Notes: generated by a model not told the origin, from the sequence alone. A stretch of 64,000 nucleotides of DNA from Escherichia coli (GCF_044324875.1 NZ_CP172185.1), one strand, 5' to 3'; counted from the stretch's first letter, positions 1-10,952 are shown. Numbers and translations: made by a program.

Positions 1-150
1 CTTCATAGTCTCGCCCACGGTCAGGGTTATAAGCGTCGTTAATCGCCTGCTGAATATTGCCAATGGTGTCGTCGATAATATCGGCCTGGGCCGGAACGGT
101 GGACAGCGTGAGCAGGGTGAATAAAAGAAATAGCGGAAAGCGTTTCATTA
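1..150 (-). CDS. yjdP: N-terminal part of a small secreted protein; gene runs off the window start
   Basis: Reverse-strand ATG at 148-150 followed by a typical signal peptide (MKRFPLFLLFTLLTLSTVPAQA...). Resembles K-12 YjdP from memory; not listed in the ORF track because it is truncated by the window edge. Confidence 0.45.
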
Positions 151-216
151 GCCAACCTCAAAAAGAAACTCTATCCACATTAGTCATTACTCATCCATGC
201 AAGTAGTGGATGAATC

Positions 217-534
217 TCAATTTCTCCGCTGCTCTATTGCCGTAATCGCCTCCACGCGTTGTTGATGACGACCGCCTTCGTACTGCGCGCCCAGCCACGC
301 ATCCACAATCATTTTTGCCAGTTCGAGGCCAACCACTCGTGAACCAAAAGCCAGTGCAACTTCACTGGCGTAATGCGGATAATCAGTACGCTCTGACGAC
401 CTGGTTTCTTTATCAATCCCCTCACTCATTGACCATGAATAAAAGGCTGGCACAGCAACGCAGAATCCTGCGGTGCCAGCGACATGACCGCCCATTGCTC
501 CGGTACGTTTTTTAATAAAAAACACCGGTTGCAT
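217..534 (-). pseudogene. rpiB: Ribose-5-phosphate isomerase B remnant (internal deletion, divergent N-terminus)
   Basis: ORF 217..534 carries two RpiB-like blocks (SSERTDYPHYAS..VAL and AFGSRVVGLELAKMIVDAWLGAQYEGGRHQQRVEAITAIEQRRN) but lacks the central part of the 149-aa protein, and the N-terminal ~40 residues do not match RpiB. Confidence 0.5.
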
Positions 535-774
535 TGATTAATTGTGCTCAGTATTTGCCGAAGTACAATATATATAATAAATATATAAAACACCTCATAT
601 TATTTACAGAGATAATAAATTCGCGTACTTTTCCCTCTTCAGCACAAATGCCTAATAAAATGGCTCGCTCCGCTCACACTTCCACTTATTAAAGTCGCAA
701 ATTCCCAATTATGATAACGCCAGCTTTAAATGACGTATTTTGCATGGATTACATATTTACGACACAAATGATAA

Positions 775-2772
775 ATGGAGATTTATATGAATAACTCTCG
801 GTTATTCCGTTTGAGCAGGATTGTTATTGCGTTAACTGCCGCCAGCGGCATGATGGTAAATACCGCTTACGCAACAGATGAAGCGAAAGCCGCCACTCAA
901 TATACCCAACAGGTTAATCAGAATTACGCCAAATCATTACCGTTTAGCGATCGTCAGGATTTTGACGATGCCCAGCGTGGATTTATCGCCCCGCTGCTGG
1001 ATGAAGGTATTCTGCGTGATGCGAACGGTAAAGTTTACTACCGCGCAGACGATTACAAATTTGATATTAATGCCGCTGCGCCGGAAACCGTAAACCCCAG
1101 CCTGTGGCGTCAGTCGCAAATCAACGGTATTTCTGGCCTGTTCAAAGTCACCGATAAAATGTATCAGGTGCGCGGCCAGGATATCTCTAACATTACGTTC
1201 GTTGAGGGCGAGAAAGGCATTATTGTTATCGACCCGCTGGTGACGCCGCCTGCCGCAAAAGCCGCACTTGATCTTTACTTCCAGCATCGTCCGCAAAAAC
1301 CGATTGTTGCTGTGATTTACACCCACAGCCACGCCGACCATTATGGCGGTGTGAAAGGCATTATCTCTGAAGCGGATGTTAAATCCGGCAAAGTGCAGGT
1401 GATCGCTCCGGCAGGCTTTATGGACGAAGCCATCAGCGAAAACGTGCTGGCGGGTAACATCATGAGCCGCCGTGCGCTCTACTCTTACGGTCTGTTACTG
1501 CCGCACAACGCGCAAGGCAACGTGGGCAACGGCCTGGGCGTGACGCTGGCAACCGGCGACCCGAGCATTATTGCACCGACTAAAACTATCGTCAGAACTG
1601 GCGAGAAGATGATTATCGACGGCCTGGAATTTGACTTCCTGATGACTCCGGGTAGCGAAGCGCCAGCCGAAATGCACTTCTATATTCCGGCCCTGAAAGC
1701 CCTGTGTACCGCCGAGAACGCCACGCATACCCTGCACAACTTCTACACTCTGCGCGGCGCGAAAACCCGCGATACCAGCAAGTGGACCGAGTACCTGAAC
1801 GAAACGCTGGATATGTGGGGTAACGACGCGGAAGTACTGTTTATGCCGCACACCTGGCCGGTCTGGGGCAATAAGCATATCAATGATTATATTGGTAAAT
1901 ATCGCGATACTATCAAGTACATTCACGACCAGACCCTGCACCTGGCGAACCAGGGCTACACCATGAATGAAATCGGCGACATGATTAAGCTGCCGCCTGC
2001 GCTTGCCAATAACTGGGCCAGCCGCGGCTATTACGGTTCTGTCAGCCACAACGCCCGCGCGGTGTATAACTTCTATCTTGGCTATTACGACGGTAACCCG
2101 GCTAACCTACATCCGTATGGTCAGGTGGAGATGGGTAAACGTTACGTGAAAGCGCTGGGCGGTTCTGCCCGCGTCATCAACCTGGCGCAAGAAGCGAACA
2201 AGCAAGGTGATTACCGTTGGTCGGCAGAACTGCTGAAACAGGTGATTGCCGCCAACCCTGGTGACCAGGTCGCGAAGAATCTGCAAGCGAATAACTTTGA
2301 ACAGCTGGGCTATCAGGCCGAGTCCGCCACCTGGCGCGGTTTCTACCTGACCGGCGCGAAAGAGCTGCGCGAAGGGGTGCATAAATTCAACCACGGCACC
2401 ACCGGTTCCCCGGACACCCTTCGCGGAATGTCGGTCGAAATGCTGTTCGACTTTATGTCCGTTCGCCTCGATAGTGCGAAAGCCGCGGGTAAAAATATCA
2501 GCCTGAACTTCAATATGAGCAACGGCGATAACCTCAACCTGACGCTGAACGATAGCGTGCTTAACTACCGTAAAACGCTGCAACCGCAAGCCGACGCCTC
2601 TTTCTACATCAGCCGTGAAGATCTGCATGCCGTGCTGACCGGACAAGTCAAAATAGTGGATCTGGTAAAAGCGAAGAAAGCCAAAATTATTGGCAATGGC
2701 GCGAAACTGGAAGAAATTATTGCCTGTCTGGATAATTTCGATTTGTGGGTGAATATCGTAACCCCAAATTAA
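775..2772 (+). CDS. yjcS: Type I alkyl/aryl sulfatase-like metallo-beta-lactamase-fold protein with signal peptide
   Basis: 665-aa ORF; N-terminal signal peptide; HSHADH metal-binding motif ([10 protein letters not shown]). True start may be the ATG at 787 (MNNSRLF...). Confidence 0.88.
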   Translation: MEIYMNNSRLFRLSRIVIALTAASGMMVNTAYATDEAKAATQYTQQVNQNYAKSLPFSDRQDFDDAQRGFIAPLLDEGILRDANGKVYYRADDYKFDINAAAPETVNPSLWRQSQINGISGLFKVTDKMYQVRGQDISNITFVEGEKGIIVIDPLVTPPAAKAALDLYFQHRPQKPIVAVIYTHSHADHYGGVKGIISEADVKSGKVQVIAPAGFMDEAISENVLAGNIMSRRALYSYGLLLPHNAQGNVGNGLGVTLATGDPSIIAPTKTIVRTGEKMIIDGLEFDFLMTPGSEAPAEMHFYIPALKALCTAENATHTLHNFYTLRGAKTRDTSKWTEYLNETLDMWGNDAEVLFMPHTWPVWGNKHINDYIGKYRDTIKYIHDQTLHLANQGYTMNEIGDMIKLPPALANNWASRGYYGSVSHNARAVYNFYLGYYDGNPANLHPYGQVEMGKRYVKALGGSARVINLAQEANKQGDYRWSAELLKQVIAANPGDQVAKNLQANNFEQLGYQAESATWRGFYLTGAKELREGVHKFNHGTTGSPDTLRGMSVEMLFDFMSVRLDSAKAAGKNISLNFNMSNGDNLNLTLNDSVLNYRKTLQPQADASFYISREDLHAVLTGQVKIVDLVKAKKAKIIGNGAKLEEIIACLDNFDLWVNIVTPN

Positions 2773-2980
2773 TGCCACTCACTTTTGGGGGCGCTTAAGC
2801 CCTCAAAAGCATTTATTTTAAAAATACATACAACAAATTAATACATAAAATATATAAGTTATGAATGCGGTGGCTGAATAAAGCTATTTTTATTCATCGA
2901 GAAAATAGCCATACTGACGCCTTCAATGGATATTGATATTCACTACAGATATTGTTCGCAGCAGACAGGATGTATTTAAT

Positions 2981-3256
2981 ATGCCAACAGTTCTCTCTCG
3001 CATGGCGATGCAACTCAAAAAAACAGCCTGGATAATTCCCGTCTTCATGGTTTCGGGATGCTCATTATCTCCGGCAATCCCGGTGATCGGCGCTTATTAT
3101 CCCAGCTGGTTTTTCTGCGCCATTGCCAGCCTTATTTTGACGCTCATCACGAGGCGAATTATTCAGCGGGCACATATCAATCTGGCATTTGTCGGAATTA
3201 TTTATACCGCCCTTTTTGCTCTCTACGCCATGCTGTTCTGGTTGGCATTTTTCTAA
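2981..3256 (+). CDS. ytcA: Small membrane lipoprotein upstream of mdtNOP
   Basis: Internal start of ORF 2933..3256 (MPTVLSRMAMQLKK...); lipobox VSGC followed by hydrophobic segments; 18 nt upstream of mdtN. Confidence 0.7.
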   Translation: MPTVLSRMAMQLKKTAWIIPVFMVSGCSLSPAIPVIGAYYPSWFFCAIASLILTLITRRIIQRAHINLAFVGIIYTALFALYAMLFWLAFF

Positions 3257-3274
3257 TCTATTTGAGACGCGCTC

Positions 3275-4306
3275 ATGGAAAGTACGCCGAAAAAAGCTCC
3301 TCGCAGTAAATTCCCTGCTCTGTTAGTGGTTGCGTTGGCGCTGGTTGCCCTTGTTTTCGTTATCTGGCGCGTAGACAGTGCGCCATCAACTAATGACGCT
3401 TACGCGTCAGCAGATACCATTGATGTGGTGCCGGAAGTCAGCGGTCGCATTGTAGAACTGGCGGTCACCGACAACCAGGCGGTGAAACAGGGCGATTTGC
3501 TGTTCCGCATCGACCCGCGCCCGTACGAAGCCAATCTGGCGAAAGCCGAAGCCTCCCTCGCGGCGCTGGATAAGCAAATTATGCTCACCCAGCGTAGCGT
3601 TGACGCACAACAGTTTGGTGCCGACTCGGTTAATGCCACGGTAGAAAAAGCCCGTGCCGCTGCAAAACAGGCCAGCGATACATTACGCCGCACCGAGCCA
3701 TTACTGAAAGAAGGTTTTGTTTCTGCGGAAGAGGTTGACCGTGCAAGAACGGCGCAGCGCGCCGCAGAAGCCGATCTTAACGCCGTTTTATTACAGGCGC
3801 AGTCAGCCGCCAGCGCCGTCAGCGGCGTGGATGCATTAGTTGCCCAGCGTGCGGCAGTGGAAGCGGATATTGCGTTGACCAAACTGCATCTGGAAATGGC
3901 GACCGTTCGCGCGCCGTTTGATGGCCGGGTCATTTCCCTCAAAACCTCCGTCGGGCAATTTGCTTCTGCCATGCGCCCTATTTTCACCCTAATCGACACT
4001 CGTCACTGGTACGTGATCGCCAATTTCCGCGAAACTGATCTGAAAAATATTCGCTCAGGTACACCCGCAACGATTCGCCTGATGAGCGACAGCGGCAAAA
4101 CCTTCGAGGGTAAAGTGGATTCGATTGGCTACGGCGTGCTACCGGATGACGGCGGTCTGGTGCTGGGCGGCCTGCCGAAAGTGTCGCGTTCTATTAACTG
4201 GGTCCGCGTTGCCCAGCGTTTTCCGGTCAAAATCATGGTTGATAAACCTGACCCGGAAATGTTCCGCATCGGCGCTTCGGCAGTCGCTAATCTTGAGCCG
4301 CAATAA
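3275..4306 (+). CDS. mdtN: Multidrug efflux membrane fusion protein (HlyD family)
   Basis: 343-aa ORF with N-terminal TM anchor and coiled-coil periplasmic domain; stop overlaps mdtO start. Confidence 0.9.
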   Translation: MESTPKKAPRSKFPALLVVALALVALVFVIWRVDSAPSTNDAYASADTIDVVPEVSGRIVELAVTDNQAVKQGDLLFRIDPRPYEANLAKAEASLAALDKQIMLTQRSVDAQQFGADSVNATVEKARAAAKQASDTLRRTEPLLKEGFVSAEEVDRARTAQRAAEADLNAVLLQAQSAASAVSGVDALVAQRAAVEADIALTKLHLEMATVRAPFDGRVISLKTSVGQFASAMRPIFTLIDTRHWYVIANFRETDLKNIRSGTPATIRLMSDSGKTFEGKVDSIGYGVLPDDGGLVLGGLPKVSRSINWVRVAQRFPVKIMVDKPDPEMFRIGASAVANLEPQ

Positions 4307-6357
4307 TGAGTGCGCTCAACTCCCTGCCATTACCGGTGGTCAGGCTGCTGGCGTTCTTTCATGAAGAGTTAAGCGAGCGGCGGCCAGGTCGTGTGCCGCA
4401 GACCGTGCAACTCTGGGTAGGCTGCCTGCTGGTGATTCTGATCTCGATGACTTTTGAGATCCCTTTTGTGGCGTTATCACTGGCAGTGCTGTTTTACGGT
4501 ATTCAGTCGAACGCGTTTTACACCAAATTTGTGGCGATCTTGTTTGTGGTCGCCACGATGCTGGAAATCGCCAGCCTGTTTTTGATCTACAAATGGTCAT
4601 ATGGCGAACCGTTGATCCGATTGATCATTGCCGGACCGATCCTGATGGGCTGTATGTTTTTGATGCGCACCCATCGGTTGGGGCTGGTCTTTTTCGCCGT
4701 CGCCATTGTCGCTATTTACGGGCAAACCTTCCCCGCCATGCTCGACTATCCGGAAGTGGTCGTGCGCTTAACCCTGTGGTGTATCGTTGTTGGCCTCTAT
4801 CCAACCTTGCTGATGACGTTAATCGGCGTGCTGTGGTTTCCCAGCCGCGCCATTACGCAAATGCATCAAGCGCTTAATGATCGGCTTGATGATGCCATTA
4901 GTCACCTGACGGACAGCCTCGCACCGCTACCCGAAACGCGGATTGAAAGAGAGGCGCTGGCGCTGCAAAAACTCAATGTCTTTTGCCTCGCGGACGATGC
5001 CAACTGGCGAACTCAGAGCGCATGGTGGCAAAGCTGCGTGGCAACGGTAACCTACATTTACTCGACGCTGAATCGCTACGATCCCACCTCTTTTGCTGAT
5101 TCTCAGGCAATTATTGAATTTCGGCAAAAATTAGCCACAGAAATCAACAAACTGCAGCATGCCATTGCCGAAGGTCAGTGCTGGCAAAGCGACTGGCGGA
5201 TCAGTGAAAGTGAAGCGATGGCGGCACGGGAATGTAACCTGGAGAATATCTGCCAGACATTGTTGCAACTGGGTCAGATGGACCCGAATACGCCGCCAAC
5301 GCCCGCCACCAAACCGCCATCAATGGTCGCCGACGCTTTTACCAATCCAGACTATATGCGCTACGCGGTAAAAACGCTGCTCGCCTGTTTGATCTGTTAC
5401 ACCTTCTACAGCGGCGTGGACTGGGAAGGCATTCACACCTGTATGCTGACCTGCGTGATCGTCGCTAACCCGAATGTTGGTTCGTCGTATCAGAAAATGG
5501 CGCTGCGTTTTGGCGGTGCCTTCTGCGGTGCAATTCTGGCGCTGTTATTCACGCTACTGGTCATGCCCTGGCTGGACAATATTGTCGAATTGCTGTTTGT
5601 GCTGGCACCGATTTTCCTGTTGGGCGCATGGATTGCCACCAGCTCTGAACGCTCTTCTTATATCGGCACACAGATGGTGGTTACCTTCGCGCTCGCCACG
5701 CTCGAAAATGTTTTTGGCCCGGTGTACGACCTGGTGGAAATTCGCGATCGCGCCCTGGGTATCATCATTGGTACCGTGGTGTCTGCGGTGATTTACACCT
5801 TTGTCTGGCCTGAAAGTGAAGCGCGCACACTGCCGCAAAAACTGGCTGGCGCGCTGGGTATGTTGAGTAAAGTAATGCGGATCCCACGCCAGCAGGAAGT
5901 CACGGCTCTGCGCACTTATCTGCAAATTCGTATAGGTCTGCATGCGGCGTTTAATGCCTGTGAAGAGATGTGCCAACGCGTGGCGCTGGAGCGTCAACTG
6001 GACAGCGAAGAACGCGCTTTACTGATTGAACGTTCGCAAACGGTTATTCGTCAGGGCCGCGATATTCTTCACGCCTGGGATGCAACCTGGAACTCGGCGC
6101 AAGCGCTGGATAACGCACTACAGCCGGACAGAGCAAATCAGTTTGCCGACGCACTGGAGAAATACGCCGCCGGTCTGGCAACCGCACTCAGCCGTTCTCC
6201 TCAAATAACGCTTGAAGAAACACCCGCCTCGCAGGCCATCCTGCCGACCTTATTAAAACAGGAGCAACACGTCTGCCAGCTTTTCGCCCGCTTGCCAGAC
6301 TGGACAGCCCCGGCATTAACGCCCGCCACGGAACAGGTACAAGGAGCCATGCAATGA
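4306..6357 (+). CDS. mdtO: Multidrug efflux inner-membrane component
   Basis: 683-aa polytopic membrane protein; overlaps mdtN stop and mdtP start (translational coupling). Confidence 0.9.
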   Translation: MSALNSLPLPVVRLLAFFHEELSERRPGRVPQTVQLWVGCLLVILISMTFEIPFVALSLAVLFYGIQSNAFYTKFVAILFVVATMLEIASLFLIYKWSYGEPLIRLIIAGPILMGCMFLMRTHRLGLVFFAVAIVAIYGQTFPAMLDYPEVVVRLTLWCIVVGLYPTLLMTLIGVLWFPSRAITQMHQALNDRLDDAISHLTDSLAPLPETRIEREALALQKLNVFCLADDANWRTQSAWWQSCVATVTYIYSTLNRYDPTSFADSQAIIEFRQKLATEINKLQHAIAEGQCWQSDWRISESEAMAARECNLENICQTLLQLGQMDPNTPPTPATKPPSMVADAFTNPDYMRYAVKTLLACLICYTFYSGVDWEGIHTCMLTCVIVANPNVGSSYQKMALRFGGAFCGAILALLFTLLVMPWLDNIVELLFVLAPIFLLGAWIATSSERSSYIGTQMVVTFALATLENVFGPVYDLVEIRDRALGIIIGTVVSAVIYTFVWPESEARTLPQKLAGALGMLSKVMRIPRQQEVTALRTYLQIRIGLHAAFNACEEMCQRVALERQLDSEERALLIERSQTVIRQGRDILHAWDATWNSAQALDNALQPDRANQFADALEKYAAGLATALSRSPQITLEETPASQAILPTLLKQEQHVCQLFARLPDWTAPALTPATEQVQGAMQ

Positions 6358-7820
6358 TCAATCGTCAACTTTCACGCCTGCTGTTGTGCAGCATTCTCGG
6401 CAGCACGACGCTGATTTCCGGCTGTGCCCTGGTACGTAAGGATTCTGCACCTCATCAACAGCTCAAACCGGAACAAATCAAACTGGCCGATGATATTCAT
6501 CTTGCCAGCTCCGGCTGGCCGCAGGCGCAGTGGTGGAAACAACTCAATGACCCGCAGCTGGATGCGCTGATCCAACGGACGCTAAGTGGTTCACACACCC
6601 TCGCCGAAGCGAAACTGCGGGAAGAAAAAGCGCAGTCCCAGGCCGATTTGTTAGATGCCGGTTCACAATTACAGGTCGCAGCGTTAGGGATGCTCAACCG
6701 CCAACTTGTCTCGGCGAACGGCTTTTTAAGCCCTTATGCGATGGATGCGCCAGCACTGGGTATGGACGGGCCGTACTATACGGAAGCCACAGTAGGTTTG
6801 TTTGCCGGACTGGATCTCGATTTGTGGGGTGTGCATCGCTCAGCGGTTGCCGCTGCCATTGGCGCGCATAATGCCGCGCTGGCAGAAACCGCAGCAGTAG
6901 AGCTATCGCTGACCACGGGCGTAGCGCAGCTTTATTACAGTATGCAGGCCAGCTATCAGATGCTCGATCTGTTAGAACAAACACGCGATGTGATTGATTA
7001 CGCGGTAAAAGCGCACCAGAGTAAAGTGGCGCACGGTCTGGAAGCGCAAGTGCCTTTCCACGGCGCGCGGGCACAGATTCTGGCGGTCGATAAACAAATT
7101 GCTGCCGTTAAAGGGCAAATCACCGAAACGCGAGAATCTCTGCGTGCATTGATTGGCGCAGGAGCCAGCGATATGCCGGAGATCAGACCGGTGGCATTAC
7201 CGCAAGTCCAGACCGGCATTCCGGCGACACTCTCTTATGAGTTGCTCGCCAGACGCCCGGATCTGCAAGCGATGCGCTGGTATGTTCAGGCGTCATTAGA
7301 TCAGGTGGATTCCGCGCGGGCGTTGTTCTACCCGAGCTTTGATATCAAAGCGTTTTTCGGCCTTGATGCCATCCACCTGGATACCTTATCCAAAAAAACC
7401 AGTCGCCAGTTCAACTTTATCCCGGGTCTGAAATTGCCGCTGTTTGACGGTGGACGGTTGAATGCCAATCTCGAAGGCACTCGCGCCGCCAGCAACATGA
7501 TGATTGAACGTTACAACCAGTCAGTACTGAACGCGGTGCGCGACGTTGCCGTCAACGGCACGCGTCTGCAAACGCTTAACGACGAGCGAGAGATGCAGGC
7601 TGAACGCGTGGAAGCAACGCGCTTCACCCAGCGCGCTGCCGAGGCCGCCTATCAACGCGGCTTAACCAGCCGCTTACAGGCCACCGAAGCCCGGTTGCCA
7701 GTGCTTGCCGAGGAGATGTCATTACTGATGCTGGACAGCCGCCGGGTGATCCAAAGCATTCAGTTGATGAAATCGCTGGGCGGCGGGTATCAGGCAAGTC
7801 CCGTCGTCGAGAAAAAATAA
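6354..7820 (+). CDS. mdtP: Outer-membrane efflux lipoprotein (OMF family)
   Basis: 488-aa ORF; lipoprotein signal (LISGCAL); 4-nt overlap with mdtO. Confidence 0.9.
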   Translation: MINRQLSRLLLCSILGSTTLISGCALVRKDSAPHQQLKPEQIKLADDIHLASSGWPQAQWWKQLNDPQLDALIQRTLSGSHTLAEAKLREEKAQSQADLLDAGSQLQVAALGMLNRQLVSANGFLSPYAMDAPALGMDGPYYTEATVGLFAGLDLDLWGVHRSAVAAAIGAHNAALAETAAVELSLTTGVAQLYYSMQASYQMLDLLEQTRDVIDYAVKAHQSKVAHGLEAQVPFHGARAQILAVDKQIAAVKGQITETRESLRALIGAGASDMPEIRPVALPQVQTGIPATLSYELLARRPDLQAMRWYVQASLDQVDSARALFYPSFDIKAFFGLDAIHLDTLSKKTSRQFNFIPGLKLPLFDGGRLNANLEGTRAASNMMIERYNQSVLNAVRDVAVNGTRLQTLNDEREMQAERVEATRFTQRAAEAAYQRGLTSRLQATEARLPVLAEEMSLLMLDSRRVIQSIQLMKSLGGGYQASPVVEKK

Positions 7821-7861
7821 AATGTCTGCCGCGTGATGGCTGTCACGCGGTATTTCGTTTC

Positions 7862-7905
7862 GTCACGTCAAAACTGACGACAGCCTGTTTTTCGTCAGAG
7901 TTTTG
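7862..7905. promoter_or_regulatory. Inverted-repeat upstream activating sequence, candidate FhlA site for fdhF
   Basis: Inverted repeats (gtcacgtcaaaactgacgac ... tcgtcagagttttg) about 60-100 bp upstream of the sigma54 element. Confidence 0.35.
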
Positions 7906-7950
7906 AATAAATAGTGCCCGTAATATCAGGGAATGACCCCAAATAAAATG

Positions 7951-7966
7951 TGGCATAAAAGATGCA
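7951..7966 (+). promoter_or_regulatory. Sigma54 (-24/-12) promoter of fdhF
   Basis: TGGCATaaaagaTGCA matches the GG-N10-GC sigma54 consensus, about 50 bp upstream of the fdhF start. Confidence 0.6.
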
Positions 7967-8017
7967 TACTGTAGTCGAGAGCGCGTATGCGTGATTTGAT
8001 TAACTGGAGCGAGACCG

Positions 8018-10165
8018 ATGAAAAAAGTCGTCACGGTTTGCCCCTATTGCGCATCAGGTTGCAAAATCAACCTGGTCGTCGATAACGGCAAAATCGTCCG
8101 GGCGGAGGCAGCGCAGGGGAAAACCAACCAGGGTACCCTGTGTCTGAAGGGTTATTATGGCTGGGATTTCATTAACGATACCCAGATCCTGACCCCGCGC
8201 CTGAAAACCCCCATGATCCGTCGCCAGCGTGGCGGCAAACTCGAACCTGTTTCCTGGGATGAGGCACTGAATTACGTTGCCGAGCGCCTGAGCGCCATCA
8301 AAGAGAAGTACGGTCCGGATGCCATCCAGACGACCGGCTCCTCGCGTGGTACGGGTAACGAAACCAACTATGTAATGCAAAAATTTGCGCGCGCCGTTAT
8401 TGGTACCAATAACGTTGACTGCTGCGCTCGTGTCTGACACGGCCCATCGGTTGCAGGTCTGCACCAATCGGTCGGTAATGGCGCAATGAGCAATGCTATT
8501 AACGAAATTGATAATACCGATTTAGTGTTCGTTTTCGGGTACAACCCGGCGGATTCCCACCCAATCGTGGCGAATCACGTAATTAACGCTAAACGTAACG
8601 GGGCGAAAATTATCGTCTGCGATCCGCGCAAAATTGAAACCGCGCGCATTGCGGACATGCACATTGCACTGAAAAACGGCTCGAACATCGCGCTGTTGAA
8701 TGCGATGGGCCATGTCATTATTGAAGAAAATCTGTACGACAAAGCGTTCGTCGCTTCCCGCACAGAAGGCTTTGAAGAGTATCGTAAAATCGTTGAAGGC
8801 TACACGCCGGAGTCGGTTGAAGATATCACCGGCGTCAGCGCCAGTGAGATTCGTCAGGCGGCGCGGATGTATGCCCAGGCGAAAAGCGCCGCCATCCTGT
8901 GGGGCATGGGTGTAACCCAGTTCTACCAGGGCGTGGAAACCGTGCGTTCTCTGACCAGCCTCGCGATGCTGACTGGTAACCTCGGTAAGCCGCATGCGGG
9001 TGTAAACCCGGTTCGTGGTCAGAACAACGTGCAGGGTGCCTGCGATATGGGCGCGCTGCCGGATACGTATCCGGGATACCAGTACGTGAAAGATCCGGCT
9101 AACCGCGAGAAATTCGCCAAAGCCTGGGGCGTGGAAAGCCTGCCAGCGCATACCGGCTATCGCATCAGCGAGCTGCCGCACCGCGCAGCGCATGGCGAAG
9201 TGCGTGCCGCGTACATTATGGGCGAAGATCCGCTGCAAACTGACGCGGAGCTGTCGGCAGTACGTAAAGCCTTTGAAGATCTGGAACTGGTTATCGTTCA
9301 GGACATCTTTATGACCAAAACCGCGTCGGCGGCGGATGTTATTTTACCGTCAACGTCGTGGGGCGAGCATGAAGGCGTGTTTACTGCGGCTGACCGTGGT
9401 TTCCAGCGTTTCTTCAAAGCAGTTGAACCGAAATGGGATCTGAAAACGGACTGGCAAATCATCAGTGAAATTGCCACTCGTATGGGTTATCCGATGCACT
9501 ACAACAACACCCAGGAGATCTGGGATGAGTTGCGTCATCTGTGCCCGGATTTCTACGGTGCGACTTACGAAAAAATGGGCGAACTGGGCTTCATTCAGTG
9601 GCCTTGCCGCGATACTTCAGATGCCGATCAGGGGACTTCTTATCTGTTTAAAGAGAAGTTTGATACCCCGAACGGTCTGGCGCAGTTCTTCACCTGCGAC
9701 TGGGTAGCGCCAATCGACAAACTCACCGACGAGTATCCGATGGTACTGTCAACGGTGCGTGAAGTTGGTCACTACTCTTGCCGTTCGATGACCGGTAACT
9801 GTGCGGCACTGGCGGCGCTGGCTGATGAACCTGGCTACGCACAAATCAATACCGAAGACGCCAAACGTCTGGGTATTGAAGATGAGGCATTGGTTTGGGT
9901 GCACTCGCGTAAAGGCAAAATTATCACCCGTGCGCAGGTCAGCGATCGTCCGAACAAAGGGGCGATTTACATGACCTACCAGTGGTGGATTGGTGCCTGT
10001 AACGAGCTGGTTACCGAAAACTTAAGCCCGATTACGAAAACGCCGGAATACAAATACTGCGCCGTGCGCGTCGAGCCGATCGCCGATCAGCGCGCCGCCG
10101 AGCAGTACGTGATTGACGAGTACAACAAGTTGAAAACTCGCCTGCGCGAAGCGGCACTGGCGTAA
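8018..10165 (+). CDS. fdhF: Formate dehydrogenase H, selenocysteine-containing molybdoenzyme; UGA at 8435-8437 decoded as Sec
   Basis: ORFs 8018..8437 and 8486..10165 are in the same frame, separated only by an in-frame TGA; N-terminal Fe-S cysteine cluster (CPYCASGCK...CLKG); the joined product is the right length for FdhF. Confidence 0.92.
8438..8480 (+). other. SECIS stem-loop directing selenocysteine insertion at the fdhF UGA
   Basis: Sequence immediately 3' of the UGA (cacggcccatcggttgcaggtctgcaccaatcggtcggtaatggc) can form the hairpin expected for the fdhF SECIS. Confidence 0.75.
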
Positions 10166-10178
10166 TACAGTCCTTTCT

Positions 10179-10207
10179 ACAGCCTCCTTTCGGAGGCTGT
10201 TTTTTTA
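10179..10207 (+). terminator. Rho-independent terminator of fdhF
   Basis: acagcctcc-tttc-ggaggctgt hairpin followed by a T7 run. Confidence 0.75.
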
Positions 10208-10258
10208 TCCATTCGAACTCTTTATACTGGTTACTCCCTACCCAATCGTATTATCAAA

Positions 10259-10948
10259 ATGAAAAAAATTATCGCATTGATGTTGTTTTTGACATTCTTT
10301 GCCCACGCGAACGACTCCGAGCCTGGCAGCCAGTATTTAAAGGCAGCAGAGGCCGGGGACCGACGCGCACAATATTTTCTTGCCGACAGCTGGTTTAGCT
10401 CCGGCGATTTGAGCAAAGCCGAATATTGGGCACAGAAAGCCGCCGACAGCGGTGATGCTGATGCCTGCGCGCTGTTGGCGCAGATCAAAATCACCAATCC
10501 GGTCAGTCTGGACTATCCACAAGCAAAAGTTCTTGCAGAGAAAGCAGCGCAAGCGGGGAGTAAAGAAGGTGAAGTAACGCTGGCGCATATTCTGGTAAAT
10601 ACGCAAGCGGGTAAACCGGATTATCCAAAGGCGATTTCGCTGTTAGAAAACGCTTCGGAAGATCTGGAGAACGACTCTGCCGTCGATGCCCAAATGCTGC
10701 TTGGTTTGATTTACGCCAACGGCGTGGGCATTAAGGCCGACGATGACAAGGCAACCTGGTATTTCAAACGCAGCTCTGCGATTTCACGAACCGGTTATTC
10801 CGAGTACTGGGCGGGAATGATGTTCTTAAACGGTGAAGAAGGTTTTATCGAGAAGAACAAACAAAAGGCGCTGCACTGGCTGAACCTGAGCTGTATGGAA
10901 GGGTTTGATACCGGGTGTGAAGAGTTTGAAAAATTAACTAACGGTTAA
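10259..10948 (+). CDS. yjcO: Sel1/TPR-like repeat periplasmic protein
   Basis: 229-aa ORF with signal peptide and repeated Sel1-like motifs. Confidence 0.85.
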   Translation: MKKIIALMLFLTFFAHANDSEPGSQYLKAAEAGDRRAQYFLADSWFSSGDLSKAEYWAQKAADSGDADACALLAQIKITNPVSLDYPQAKVLAEKAAQAGSKEGEVTLAHILVNTQAGKPDYPKAISLLENASEDLENDSAVDAQMLLGLIYANGVGIKADDDKATWYFKRSSAISRTGYSEYWAGMMFLNGEEGFIEKNKQKALHWLNLSCMEGFDTGCEEFEKLTNG

Positions 10949-10952
10949 GGTA

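Noticed and set aside
315-515. 66-aa plus-strand ORF opposite the rpiB remnant
   Set aside because: Arg/Gln-rich shadow ORF with no ribosome-binding site; the opposite strand carries the recognisable RpiB blocks.
3400-3999. 199-aa minus-strand ORF inside mdtN
   Set aside because: Entirely antisense to a well-supported gene; Ala/Ser/Arg-rich composition typical of wrong-frame translation of GC-rich coding DNA.
8522-9238. 238-aa minus-strand ORF inside fdhF
   Set aside because: Antisense to fdhF, which is continuous once the UGA is read as selenocysteine.
10231-10606. Two minus-strand ORFs (88 and 89 aa) overlapping yjcO
   Set aside because: Antisense to the Sel1-repeat gene with no independent evidence.
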